DNA of 64,000 nucleotides from an uncultured virus (IMG/VR IMGVR_UViG_3300042892_001971). Taxonomy: Duplodnaviria; Heunggongvirae; Uroviricota; Caudoviricetes. Each line of letters opens with the position of its first letter. The first letter of the stretch is position 1. Below are positions 26,709 to 37,100 of the stretch, piece after piece. A program made the position numbers and the translations under genes. The notes under the pieces were generated by a model. The model searched no databases and was not told the DNA's origin. It was given only the letters and a program-made list of their open reading frames with translations. Location: the IMG/VR virus record IMGVR_UViG_3300042892_001971; one strand, given 5' to 3'.

Positions 26709-27098
26709 TTAGCGTGGGTAGCCAACAAATGCTTTTACGGGGCTTGTTTTATCAACAAAGTTGGGTTCTGTACTGTCGGGAGTTGACACCAATTTCTTGC
26801 CACCGGGCGTGTTGGTCATGGTCAATGCTTGATCAATAAGTTGTGCAATGTTTGGACTCATACCTGCTACCACGCCGTGTTCACCAAATGCTGTTTCGTC
26901 ATGCCAGGCTGGAATGCTATCAACAATGCCATCTGTTCCAGCATCACTTCGTGCTCGAGCAAGAGCCACACCAAATCTATAGTTGCGATAAGGGTCAGCA
27001 GCACTCAGCCCCGGAACTACATATGTGTAACGCATGGGATCTGCTTGCTCAGGTGGCAACATAGCAGCCTGTTCACGAAGAAATTCTCTTGCTCTCAT
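26709..27098 (-). CDS. Candidate internal head protein (capsid-targeting-like N-terminus)
   Basis: Starts MRAREFLRE and ends TSPVKAFVGYPR; paralog of 27095..27466. Confidence 0.6.
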   Translation of the reverse strand: MRAREFLREQAAMLPPEQADPMRYTYVVPGLSAADPYRNYRFGVALARARSDAGTDGIVDSIPAWHDETAFGEHGVVAGMSPNIAQLIDQALTMTNTPGGKKLVSTPDSTEPNFVDKTSPVKAFVGYPR

Positions 27099-27466
27099 CG
27101 TGGATAGCCTTTGAATGCTGTTACTGGGCTGGTGGCATTTACTCCTGGATGTTCTTGGCTGTGTAAATCGCCTTTGTTTAGATCTTTAAAATTGGATCCA
27201 GCGGCTCGGTATGCCATTAACAGCATGTTGTGTTCTTCTTTTGTGTAAGGCGCAGCAATGTCATATCGTCCAGCCCAACTTTCATTGTCTATTGTGGGAA
27301 CAAAAGTTCCATCAGTAGCTGCGGTTGCCATCATAATTCTATTAAGTTCATACACACGATCCGCAAGATTTTTGTCTCGAAATTTATGTAGACCTACAGT
27401 GGCATTTTGATTGCGTTTGCTAATCTTTCCAGCGCCATTTTCAGCAATGAACTCAAGTGCTCTCAT
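27095..27466 (-). CDS. Candidate internal head protein (capsid-targeting-like N-terminus)
   Basis: Starts MRALEFIAE and ends TSPVTAFKGYPR. Confidence 0.6.
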   Translation of the reverse strand: MRALEFIAENGAGKISKRNQNATVGLHKFRDKNLADRVYELNRIMMATAATDGTFVPTIDNESWAGRYDIAAPYTKEEHNMLLMAYRAAGSNFKDLNKGDLHSQEHPGVNATSPVTAFKGYPR

Positions 27467-27762
27467 CAGGCACTACCATAGCCAATCACACCTTCTTGTG
27501 CAGACGATGCTGTGCCAAGTTCTGCGGCAGTAAAGTTAGATCCAGTGACTGTTAATTTATTTCCAGCACCAACATAAATTTGTGCCGAGTTGTTTGCTGG
27601 TATTGATGGTGCTGCACTCCAGATATTACCCACTGGTGAAGCTGTGCCCAATGCAGTTGCATAAACATTATAAGTCACTGCGGTGTTGCCTGTTACAATT
27701 TCACATTTGTCTGTGTACCAGGTGGCATTGGCCACCGAAGTATAAACGTTTGCTTGACTCAT
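27466..27762 (-). CDS. Small putative structural protein
   Basis: 98 aa, A/T/G/S-rich, AAGGA Shine-Dalgarno. Confidence 0.65.
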   Translation of the reverse strand: MSQANVYTSVANATWYTDKCEIVTGNTAVTYNVYATALGTASPVGNIWSAAPSIPANNSAQIYVGAGNKLTVTGSNFTAAELGTASSAQEGVIGYGSA

Positions 27763-27935
27763 TTGTTGTCCTTGTTGGGTTGACTGACCACGGGTTGAAA
27801 TAGTTCACGACTTTGATACATCACTCCAGGAATTTCCACAGGTTGTTGTCTCACTGAAGGAATAACTGGAGGTACATATTCATTGGCTTTGCGTTGTGCC
27901 AATTCGGCTGCAAGTTCGCTGTATGGTCTCATCAT
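27759..27935 (-). CDS. Small hypothetical protein (58 aa)
   Basis: Hand-translated MMRPYSELAAELAQRKANEYVPPVIP...KDNK. ATGA overlap with the next gene. Confidence 0.6.
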   Translation of the reverse strand: MMRPYSELAAELAQRKANEYVPPVIPSVRQQPVEIPGVMYQSRELFQPVVSQPNKDNK

Positions 27936-27939
27936 TTTT

Positions 27940-30327
27940 TTACCCCTTGTAGGCTGTCCATTGGTTGGTCAAAGCAAAAATACTTTCTTCAACTTTTTTC
28001 TCTTTGTCTTTTGCAGCTTTTTTCATTGGCTCTTCTTTGTCGCCATCTTTGTCTATGTCTAAGAAGTCAGGCTTTTTGCCTTCTTTAATTCCTGCAATGC
28101 CACGCATGCGGTTTAAAGTTTGTTCAAAACTTTCTTCAAGTTCTTTTTCCTCGGCTTCTTCTTCAGTTTCTTCTTCTGCATCTTCTTTCATGGTGCGTTC
28201 CCATGGCTTGAGATTATCTTGTTGAATGCCAGACATTTCCATCATTCTACGAAGTTCTTGGTCATCTTCATATGTGTGTTGACGGTCTTCTTGGCTGGCC
28301 AATACTGGTACAGTTGATTGCCCAGTTGACTTAGGACCGTTCAACCCACCTGAATATTGTAGTGCATCGTCACTGGTTTCCTGGTCAGTTGGCCAATCTG
28401 GATTGTTTTCGTCCAGAGTTTCATGTACATCACCGCAACCGCAGCTACTCATACCGCAGTCTGCGCATGATTCTTCGCCTTGGTCCATTTCTTGTCCCAT
28501 GCCCTCACCACCACCTAGTCCTGCATTTTTAAGCAGTCCTGCTAGTTTGAGTGCATCATCATCTGTAGCAGTGATAGTCAAGCTCTTGCCGCCCTCAGTT
28601 GAGTCGCTCATGTTCACGCTCATTGATTCAGCAATCATCTTTTCCAGTTCGCGATTCATTGAATCGTAAATGCCTTTTCCATAGCTAAAGCCGCTTGATG
28701 CTGTTGGGGTGTCTGTGCCGCCTTGCTCTTTGACTTTTTTAGGCTTGTCCTCTTTGCTGTCTTTCTTTTCGTCGTACTCGATATCTTTGGCAACTTTCTT
28801 GCCGGCCTTTTCCGCCTTGGCATCTTCAGAGCCACGCTTCTTGCCGTGGATATCATCTTTCTTCTTCTCGTCGTACTCAATGTCTTTGGTAACTTTGCGG
28901 CCGGCCTTTTCAGCACGGTTGTCACGTTTGTTGGTTGACTCTTCGCCCATGGCCATTTCTTCGTCGTCACCTTCTTGATTCTGCATGTAGTCGTCCACAG
29001 CAGTCATCATGCTTTCAATCTTGGCCAACTTGGATTGTACCCATTCTGGCAAGTTGTCGTTGTCGCCTAGAATCTTTTCCAAGGCCTGAGCATGCCGCAC
29101 CACAGTCTTGATGCTGTCTTTGGCCATGTCGCCTTCTTGGTCGTATTCGCCTTTTTCCGCTGGATCAAGGTCGTTTTCTTTGGTCATTAGTTTAGACCGA
29201 CCTGATGGTCCTTTGGCACCCATTTTGCTGCCTGTGCCTGCTGGTCTACCACGACCACGCTTTTGTGGTTCAGTATCAGCAGCATCATCTGCACCTACTG
29301 AATTACCTTGGTCATCTACTCTGCGAGTTACTTTACGGCCTGTGGCAGTGTGTTCAATATCATGCTTGTGGCCACGTTCAATGGATCCAACACGAGGTTT
29401 TTCTGCACGTGGCTTTTTCCATGATGTAAACGGATTGTTATCATCTTCTTCGGTAGTTTCTTGTTTGTTGCCGCCTTTACGGAGCATAGCAAAGTCATTA
29501 GCATCAAGTTTGCCATTTTTGTTCATGTCAATTTTCTTTTGCTTGGGACTCAATGCTGATTTTATTGCTTCGGCAGCAACGTCACCTAGCATTTCGTCAA
29601 CTTCTTTTTTGGCGCCGGCAATCTTGTCAGCAAAAGTGATTTTGTCTTTGGGTTCAGCGAGTGCGGCAAATGATTTTTGCTTGGCAGTCATTGGAGAACT
29701 TCCTTCGCCAAATTGTACATTGTCGCCTGCTGAGAATTGTGTGTTGGCCAAACGCTTTGGTAACCGACCTTTGGCAATGATAAAATCTAATTCGCGATCA
29801 GTTGGTCCAGCCTGTGCAAGATCGTTAGCTAGATCCTGCATAGCATCATTTTCCCACATGTCATCACCATACAATGCGGCAATGGCGTTTAACACTTTGT
29901 CAAAATCAATTGGAGCAGTTACTTCTTTAACTTGCTTTGGATTAGGTTCAGCACCAGGCTTCATACCAGTTTGTGGCATGTCCATTTTGCGTTGCAGGTC
30001 ACGAATCATGTCTACATCGCTGCCGTGACCCAGTTTGTTTAACACCGCGCCGCCAACTTTCTTGGCCATGCTGCCAACTTTCTTGACTGCATCCCCCATG
30101 CCTTCGTCTACTTCTTTGTTGTCATACTTGTCATACTTGTTGCGAATAGGATCCAATGACTTGCCTTCACGACCGGCTTTGGCCAAGGCTTCCATGCCTT
30201 CTTTGCCGTATTTTTCGTAGCCCTTGGCAGCACGGCTCATGTCGCGTTCGTTCAACTGGCCGTGTGTTTTGCTAGGTGTGGCACGAATTTCGTCCAGTTT
30301 TTTGTTTAAGTCGTAAAAAAATGTCAT
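27940..30327 (-). CDS. Highly charged modular head protein (prohead core or internal polyprotein candidate)
   Basis: 795 aa, K/E/D-rich, with recurrent x-x-E boundaries, an AT-hook, DxDxDG loops and an internal repeat. Confidence 0.65.
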   Translation of the reverse strand: MTFFYDLNKKLDEIRATPSKTHGQLNERDMSRAAKGYEKYGKEGMEALAKAGREGKSLDPIRNKYDKYDNKEVDEGMGDAVKKVGSMAKKVGGAVLNKLGHGSDVDMIRDLQRKMDMPQTGMKPGAEPNPKQVKEVTAPIDFDKVLNAIAALYGDDMWENDAMQDLANDLAQAGPTDRELDFIIAKGRLPKRLANTQFSAGDNVQFGEGSSPMTAKQKSFAALAEPKDKITFADKIAGAKKEVDEMLGDVAAEAIKSALSPKQKKIDMNKNGKLDANDFAMLRKGGNKQETTEEDDNNPFTSWKKPRAEKPRVGSIERGHKHDIEHTATGRKVTRRVDDQGNSVGADDAADTEPQKRGRGRPAGTGSKMGAKGPSGRSKLMTKENDLDPAEKGEYDQEGDMAKDSIKTVVRHAQALEKILGDNDNLPEWVQSKLAKIESMMTAVDDYMQNQEGDDEEMAMGEESTNKRDNRAEKAGRKVTKDIEYDEKKKDDIHGKKRGSEDAKAEKAGKKVAKDIEYDEKKDSKEDKPKKVKEQGGTDTPTASSGFSYGKGIYDSMNRELEKMIAESMSVNMSDSTEGGKSLTITATDDDALKLAGLLKNAGLGGGEGMGQEMDQGEESCADCGMSSCGCGDVHETLDENNPDWPTDQETSDDALQYSGGLNGPKSTGQSTVPVLASQEDRQHTYEDDQELRRMMEMSGIQQDNLKPWERTMKEDAEEETEEEAEEKELEESFEQTLNRMRGIAGIKEGKKPDFLDIDKDGDKEEPMKKAAKDKEKKVEESIFALTNQWTAYKG

Positions 30328-30332
30328 TTCAA

Positions 30333-30941
30333 TTATCCTCGAGGTTGTGCGCCAGTAGCGGGCTTGGGTTGACGCTTGATATTGGTCATAGGGCTTGTGT
30401 TGCCCTGGGGAAGTTCATTAGTGGTCTTAGCAGGAGGTGTCTTACCACCGGCCACTGTGAAATCACTGCGGTAAGCATTTTTCAACACAGCATGATTGTA
30501 CGGACCAGTTGAATAGTCTTTCTTGAGTGCTCGTTGTTCAGCATCAGGTGCTGGATAGTCTGTGTTGGCTAACAGGTCTTTGTTTTCTGTTTCAACTCGA
30601 TCTGCTTCGTCAACAAGTCCATCTACATATGGCTGTGTTTGCATCACAATAAGATTGGGGTTGCCGCCAAGCATTTGAAACAACTGTTTGATCTGTGGTT
30701 CAATTGCAGGATACTTGAAACTCACATCAAACATTGTCACAGCATCATTCTGATTGTTCGGAAAGTCTGTAAGGATCTTTTGTATGGGAGTGGTCTTGGC
30801 ATCGCCCAATTTGGCTGGATCAAATTGATCCAGTTTTGATTTGAGTTGACGCACAAGATCGTCTGGAATGCGACCGCACATTTTGATACGATAATCGTAT
30901 GTACGTTCACTTTCTGCTAGATATTTGGCAAATGGTTTCAT
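30333..30941 (-). CDS. Putative head-associated protein
   Basis: Starts MKPFAKYLAE (capsid-targeting-like); TAAATA upstream. Confidence 0.6.
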   Translation of the reverse strand: MKPFAKYLAESERTYDYRIKMCGRIPDDLVRQLKSKLDQFDPAKLGDAKTTPIQKILTDFPNNQNDAVTMFDVSFKYPAIEPQIKQLFQMLGGNPNLIVMQTQPYVDGLVDEADRVETENKDLLANTDYPAPDAEQRALKKDYSTGPYNHAVLKNAYRSDFTVAGGKTPPAKTTNELPQGNTSPMTNIKRQPKPATGAQPRG

Positions 30942-30961
30942 GTCAGGTTCCTGTGATATAT

Positions 30962-31456
30962 TTATTCTTTTTGAGCATTTTGATTCTTGCCCAGAATTCT
31001 TTCCAGCAGTTCATTGCGGCTGAGCACATGGCCTTGACCTTGCTGTGCGGCTGCGCCGTCGGGGTCTTTGTCTGCTTGTTGCTGATCCAATCGCACCTTT
31101 TTCATTTGCAAGTCGATCATCTTGAGTTTTTTGTCCAGCTTGGCTGTTTTAGCTGTGATAGCATGGCCTAGCATGTTGCTGGCTACTGAAAATATTTCGC
31201 TGGCAAATCTTGAGTCAACTTGCATGCCAAGGTCCATTAAGTCCTTGTAGCTGCCTGTGGCTAGTCCTGCAAGTTCATCCATTTCTGTATCAGTAGATTC
31301 CAAACCGCGCACAGCCGGCAAGGCAGCATCTATCTTGTCGATAGCAGCATCTAAGTTTTGGATTATGGTGCGATTTTCTGCTATCGAAGGAACAGCAGTT
31401 TCCACTTCTTCGGTGGTAGGGGGTAAATCAAAAAGTTCTTCAAGTTTACGGGTCAT
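30962..31456 (-). CDS. Helical protein, candidate terminase small subunit
   Basis: 164 aa, coiled-coil-like, in the packaging region after TAAATA. Function inferred from size and context only. Confidence 0.4.
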   Translation of the reverse strand: MTRKLEELFDLPPTTEEVETAVPSIAENRTIIQNLDAAIDKIDAALPAVRGLESTDTEMDELAGLATGSYKDLMDLGMQVDSRFASEIFSVASNMLGHAITAKTAKLDKKLKMIDLQMKKVRLDQQQADKDPDGAAAQQGQGHVLSRNELLERILGKNQNAQKE

Positions 31457-31470
31457 GCCATATTTAGTGG

Positions 31471-31902
31471 CTATGCTTTACCGTTCTTAAACATATCGTC
31501 TTCAGTTATGACTCTAAAAGTCAGGCCTTGATTTCTGCACCATTTGGTTGCAGCGTCCCATTTGGCGTAATTCACCGCTACCACAGCACGGTCTCTGGGT
31601 TTTTGACCTTCTGTTATGGCACTCTGACCTTTGGGCTTGATTTCAATCAGCTCAGCTTTGAGGGTGTTGTTGCGAGTCTTGTAAGTGATCAAAAAGTCTG
31701 GCACATACGTGGTCATTTTGCCAGTCAAGGGATGAAGGTACGGTATGCGGATGCTTTCACTTGCCCATTGCATGATGTTGTCATTGGTGTCGCAAAAACG
31801 CATGAAAGAATGTTCCCATCCCGATCTGTATCTGGGCATGCCTTGGCCCACATATTTTTTAGTGTTAATAACTTGGTAGACGCCTTGTGCCCACTTGCTC
31901 AT
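31471..31902 (-). CDS. gp4: Head completion protein (T4 gp4-like, TnsA-type nuclease fold)
   Basis: YRSGWE, WASE..RIPY, YVPDF, IEIKP, N.AKW.AA and FRVITE motifs. Confidence 0.9.
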   Translation of the reverse strand: MSKWAQGVYQVINTKKYVGQGMPRYRSGWEHSFMRFCDTNDNIMQWASESIRIPYLHPLTGKMTTYVPDFLITYKTRNNTLKAELIEIKPKGQSAITEGQKPRDRAVVAVNYAKWDAATKWCRNQGLTFRVITEDDMFKNGKA

Positions 31903-32264
31903 TGCAACACTGTTCTAGCAGCATAATAGTTGGGCACTGGCTGTGCATTCACACCCAACAGTGTGGCTCTGCTACGAATGCTGTTTAGATAGTAAGCCAT
32001 ATTGAGAGTCAAAGTCATTGAGTCTACGCCTTGAAAAGTGTCCAACAGCGTTAGTGCAGGAATGTTAGTTTGCTCTGCTACCTGAAACAAACTCACTGTA
32101 AAGTTACCTGCTACCCTGGCATCGCCCATTTGTTGTTTGAAATAACTCAACACAATGTCATACTCGGCAGCAGGCACATTGGCATCATACTTGTAGAACT
32201 TGTCAAAAATTCTTACAGTTTGATCAATATTTTGATTGGGGTTATTAATTGAGCCAGTGTACAT
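31899..32264 (-). CDS. Hypothetical structural-region protein
   Basis: 121 aa, coupled to gp4 by an ATGA overlap. Confidence 0.7.
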   Translation of the reverse strand: MYTGSINNPNQNIDQTVRIFDKFYKYDANVPAAEYDIVLSYFKQQMGDARVAGNFTVSLFQVAEQTNIPALTLLDTFQGVDSMTLTLNMAYYLNSIRSRATLLGVNAQPVPNYYAARTVLQ

Positions 32265-32273
32265 TTGTTAATC

Positions 32274-33434
32274 TCAAGGATAAAATTGTGAGCCAGGTAA
32301 ACCAGCTCTGGTGGCTTGAGCATTAGGAAACACCCACCCATCAGCTTTGTTGATTACTGATCTAACAGCACCTGCACCTTGTTGGCTGATAACCTGTTTG
32401 CCCAGCGATACAGCTTCACTCTGAACAATTGATTTCAAATTTTTACCTTTAAATGTGTTGTAAGTGGCACCAGCTTTTTGTGCAGCACCAATGAGACCAG
32501 CCACTGACCCAGATTCTAAATCTGCCATGATACCTTCTCCAGTAGATAGCAGGCCGCCTTGACCAAAGATGCTGGCAGTGGATCCTGCACGAGCCAACGG
32601 GCTTGGAGTTTCGTCATAGTGTGCTGTATCTGGCCATGATATGTTTTTGTCTGGTTTACCAAGGCCACCATTGAGATATTTCACAGTTTCGTAACGGATA
32701 GTCATGCTGTGTTGCATGGTACCGCTGCCTTGTGAGTAATCGTAAGTGTCGTGATTCCATGCAGTAATCAGCGGATTGATCAAAATATATCTAGCATACT
32801 TGTGTTGATCAAACCCAATGATTTGTATGTCTTTGAAAAATGGTGGCTTACCTGATGCTGTGCTGGTGCCATCCATAAAGTTTTCGCCAATAAATCCCCA
32901 ATCACTAACACTGCCTATTCGATTTTGTGCGTAGATGTCTCTGTTGTTGTAACTGAATCCATTTTGTTTGGTAGCATTTTCGCCAACGGTGCCATAAGAA
33001 GTGGGTGCATTGCTGATGTATTGCTGTGCTGGATCTTTGTAGTAGTAAGAATAATACTGATACCACATCTCACGAATGTTGTCACCACCGTCATCATGGA
33101 ACGTGATGTTTACAGGTTCGTAGTTGATTTTTGTTTGCACAAGGCGTTTGCGATTGTACTGATTTAATGTAGCAACGTCAATGTTGTATTTGGGCAAGTC
33201 AACAGTTTTTACCGCCAAGCTCAGTGTTGAAATTTGTGTTGGACCAAATATTTTAGAATTTTTTAGTGCTTGTATTTCTTCCACGTTCAGGGTAAACTGA
33301 ACATGGAATAAAAATTTAAATCTGGGTTTTAGTTCGTAGGCATTAGTGCGAAAAGTTTTACTTGCGTGAGTGTAATCACGCAAGCTGTTTGTCGCAGTAA
33401 AACCTTTAAGAAAGTCTTGGCCGAAGCTAGACAT
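32274..33434 (-). CDS. Tail-tube-like baseplate protein (gp54/gp48-like)
   Basis: VKTVDLPK, QYNRKR, YEPVNITFHDD and MTIRYE give a tube-fold pattern; adjacent to gp19. Confidence 0.65.
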   Translation of the reverse strand: MSSFGQDFLKGFTATNSLRDYTHASKTFRTNAYELKPRFKFLFHVQFTLNVEEIQALKNSKIFGPTQISTLSLAVKTVDLPKYNIDVATLNQYNRKRLVQTKINYEPVNITFHDDGGDNIREMWYQYYSYYYKDPAQQYISNAPTSYGTVGENATKQNGFSYNNRDIYAQNRIGSVSDWGFIGENFMDGTSTASGKPPFFKDIQIIGFDQHKYARYILINPLITAWNHDTYDYSQGSGTMQHSMTIRYETVKYLNGGLGKPDKNISWPDTAHYDETPSPLARAGSTASIFGQGGLLSTGEGIMADLESGSVAGLIGAAQKAGATYNTFKGKNLKSIVQSEAVSLGKQVISQQGAGAVRSVINKADGWVFPNAQATRAGLPGSQFYP

Positions 33435-33444
33435 TGATTAGACC

Positions 33445-34080
33445 TTACGGTGCTGTGCCGATACCGGTAACAACATCGTTTATAGTGCGACCAATAACAC
33501 CGCCAATACCACCACCACCTTGATTGCCTTGGTTGGCGTTGTCATAAGAAATGTTCAGTGTAATTGACACTGCTTCGTTGGTGCCATATGCCATTGGGCC
33601 GTAGTCGGCGCTCACAATGTAGCAACCATACAGTTCCCATGATTCAAGCACTACTGGTTCGTTGGCGCCGTTGCCACCGTCAAGCATTTCTAATTTGGTC
33701 AAAAACTTGTAGTCAATACCAGATGCCGCTGAACTCATTTCTAAGAAGTCCATTTGTTTCTGGACTTGTTCACCAATCAACTTGGACACATTGCCTGATG
33801 CGTCATCGCGAATCTCAACAGCAACGTCTGCCCAACTGTGACGACCGGCCAACTTCAATGTTGAGTTATAAATTGGCAATGTAATTGCTTCGAACGTCAA
33901 GTTAGGACGAGCAAAGCTCACCACTTGCTTGGTTAATTCTGTAGTTGGTGTCGAAACTCCCAAATTCTCAAACATCACTCTAAAGCGATATCTAAGTTTT
34001 GGCATTAACAGACCTTGGGTGCTTGAGCTTTGATCGCTTGCAAGCGGTACTGTCATTTTATTTAATGATGAACTTGGCAT
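33445..34080 (-). CDS. gp19: Tail tube protein
   Basis: PKLRYRFRV, AGRHSW, WELYGC and ISYDNA motifs; directly downstream of the sheath gene. Confidence 0.85.
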   Translation of the reverse strand: MPSSSLNKMTVPLASDQSSSTQGLLMPKLRYRFRVMFENLGVSTPTTELTKQVVSFARPNLTFEAITLPIYNSTLKLAGRHSWADVAVEIRDDASGNVSKLIGEQVQKQMDFLEMSSAASGIDYKFLTKLEMLDGGNGANEPVVLESWELYGCYIVSADYGPMAYGTNEAVSITLNISYDNANQGNQGGGGIGGVIGRTINDVVTGIGTAP

Positions 34081-34121
34081 TGTGTATATCTCCTAGTTTT
34101 ATTTATCTTAGACTTGAGGTC

Positions 34122-34150
34122 AAAAAATAGGGTCCAAAGACCCTATTTTT
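34122..34150. terminator. Bidirectional-type terminator after the sheath gene
   Basis: AAAAATAGGGTC-CAAA-GACCCTATTTTT perfect inverted repeat. Confidence 0.85.
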
Positions 34151-37100
34151 ATAGTCCTGCTGCTATGTCTCCAGTGTTCTTGATACGCAATGGGATGTAG
34201 ATAAACTCCACAGCCTTCACTGGTTCAATGGCAATATCAACCCACAATTCGTTGCGGTCAATACGAGCTGGTGTGTTATTGCTCAAGTCGCAAACAACCA
34301 AGTAGTCATAGATAGCACGTTTGGCAATCAAATCAACCATCAAGCTGTTGCAGGTGTTGGTGATTTCATTACGTGTGATCTGATCGTTAGGTTCAAACAG
34401 ATACAACTTACCAATTTCTTCCAGGCGTCCACGCAAGAACGCAACCAAGCGTGCAACGTTGATACGATCCAGTGCTGTGGTAGTTGTGGTTGATGTTTTG
34501 TTACCAAAGTTGGTAATACCCACACCTGGAATGAATGTAATTGGGTTGACATTCAAACTGTACAGTACATCACGCAAGCCTTGGTTCACACCAATTGGTT
34601 GGAACTCACCTGTAGCAGCATCAATGTAACCAATTTGTGTGGCATTGTCTACCACACCACGACGTGTACCGGCTGGTGCCAACCATGGATAACTCACTTC
34701 GTCACTGCGGATGATTGTTCTAACCATCATGTGACTTGGTGCTGTTACCACAGTATTACCACTCAAGTCTGTGGTTGTACAGCTTGGGTAGAAAGTAGCG
34801 CAGTAGTTACTGGTACTAGATTGCCCGTCACCGGCTATAGTACCCAGTCCGTTGTTGTTGGTAGCCCAAGTTGTGATGTCAGTGCCTGTGGCTGGCAAAC
34901 GCATTGGAGTGTCGCCTACCACAAACAATGTGTTGTTGCGCTCATTGCTGAGTGCAATCATGTTGGGGATCAACTCTGGATAGCCAGGTGTTGCAATCAG
35001 TGTGTACTGGGCAGTATCTTCTCTAGCGCCTTGGCTAGTATCAACACCAGCTTTCAGTGCCTCCACAATCATTTGACGTTGTGCCAAGCGACCAGCATAC
35101 ATGCTGCCGTCTTGCTTGTTGCCCGATGCGGTGAGCCAGGTACTGGTCACTGCTGGTAGTGTGTCATCAGGGTAAGAAGTAGCATTAAAGTAATCATTTT
35201 GATAGCTCTTGACATTGTAACCTGAACGGCGTGTGTTCCACAACAACATACCTTGTGGATATAGTGCAGGATCTGGAGCATCTAAATCCAAGTAATTGCT
35301 GGTCAGCAAACTCACAATGGTCGGAATTGGGTCTGAAACAGGATTTGTTGTACCATTTGGCGCCCAACGAGCATCAGCAAACAACACACCATTCTGTGTG
35401 ACCTGATCAGTGGTGTTAACAGACACCCATTGATCTACTCCACTTACAAGTTCCCAACGATACAACTTGGGATAGTTTTCCAAGTCGCTGGTGTCAACCC
35501 ACAAGTCTCCATACACCAATGCACTTTGAGCCACATTATTTTGTGTAGTAGGTGCTGTGGCAGCGCAAATTGGACCCGATGCATTGGTTGCACTGAGGTC
35601 ATATCCACGCACATCATTAGAAACGTTTTGATAACCCAACCAAAGACCATTGTTCTGAATCATGATATCAACTTGTGTGGCAGTTGAATAATACCACAGT
35701 CTGCCATCAGCAGGATCTTGATAAGGTGCTGTGGCACTGGAGGTGTACTCAAACTCAGATGCTGTACAAAAATTGCTCAAAATCAACGTGGTTGGTATGG
35801 CTACTGCTGGTCGGCAAAGAGTAGTGCTACTGGTAAATCCAGCAGTAGTAATAGGAGTACCTTGTCCTGCCACTGGAGCCAAGGTCATAATACCACCTTG
35901 ACTGTGAGTGAACACAATGTTTCCTGCGCTGTTTACACTTGCTGAAACATACGGCACATTGGCTGCACTAACAGCAGTGATAAAACTAGAAATACTAGTT
36001 CCAGTTAGTGTTACTGTGGCAGTATTTGCACTTGTTGATCCTGGAATAGAACCTTGTAATACAAACTGATTTCCAGCAACAAACAAACTGTCACCATTTA
36101 CTCCAGGAGTAGTGTCCCCTGTGACTATAGTTTGGCCAAATACAACCTGTTCGTAAATTTCAAATCCAAACGAATTAAGTGGTGTTGTTTCGCCGGCATT
36201 AGCACCAGATTGTGCCCATAATGTTCCAACTGGAATATTTTTGCCGCCGCCTGCGGGATCTAATGTATAAATTGCATTAGTGCCTGTGGTGAATATAGGG
36301 CAACTTTGTAGGACCCATTCTCCTAATGCGGCACTGTATTTTTTTACTTGCAGTGCAACACCATTGTTTGCTGCGCTGATATTGTTCCACATTGATCCTG
36401 TTGGTCTTGGTGTGGTGTCTGTGGTTCTCCAACGCGGTGCTTGATAACTATATCCAGTAACAAAAACTGGAGCAAAGTATTCAATTGCTGAAATACCAAG
36501 AGCAGTACACAACGCAGTGCCACTGGCATTGGGAATAATACTGACAATACCACCATTGGCAGTACTGCCGTCATTGGTTGCTGTGTCATCTGCGTAGATA
36601 GTAAATTTACCGCTAACTGCGGCTGCGGTCACCCCTGTAATGGCTGCTGAATTCACCGCAGCCACAAATCCTGCCAAGTCGTTGTTGGGTGCAATAGGCA
36701 CAGCAACCGACGTGCCGTTGATGAAAATGCTTTGTCCTGCTGTGAGTGTGGGATTGGTTACATTGCCTTGAATTGTGGGCCAAGATGCTTGCCAAGCTGC
36801 GTCACCAACTGCTACCCAGGTATTACTGGCATTTTTGTACCAACCAACGTTGCGTAGATCATAGCTGTTGTTAGCACCATATGCTACCACGGCGTAATCA
36901 CCAATGCTGCCTATGGTAGAGACAGGAGTATAAATGTCAAAACCAGTTGTGCCGCTGACAGATGCTGTGACATCAGCTGCATCAGTAATTACCAATGGGG
37001 TGATCACAGTAAATTCACTAGTGCTTTGATTCCACTCTTGCATGCCCCATACTGAAGTCGAAGTATCCAACCAATAGGCGCCATCATTTGGCGTTCCAGT

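Noticed and set aside
29108..30028. 306-aa plus-strand ORF
   Set aside because: It lies wholly antisense to the 795-aa gene, and its Ser/Leu/Phe-rich composition mirrors the K/E/D codons on the other strand.
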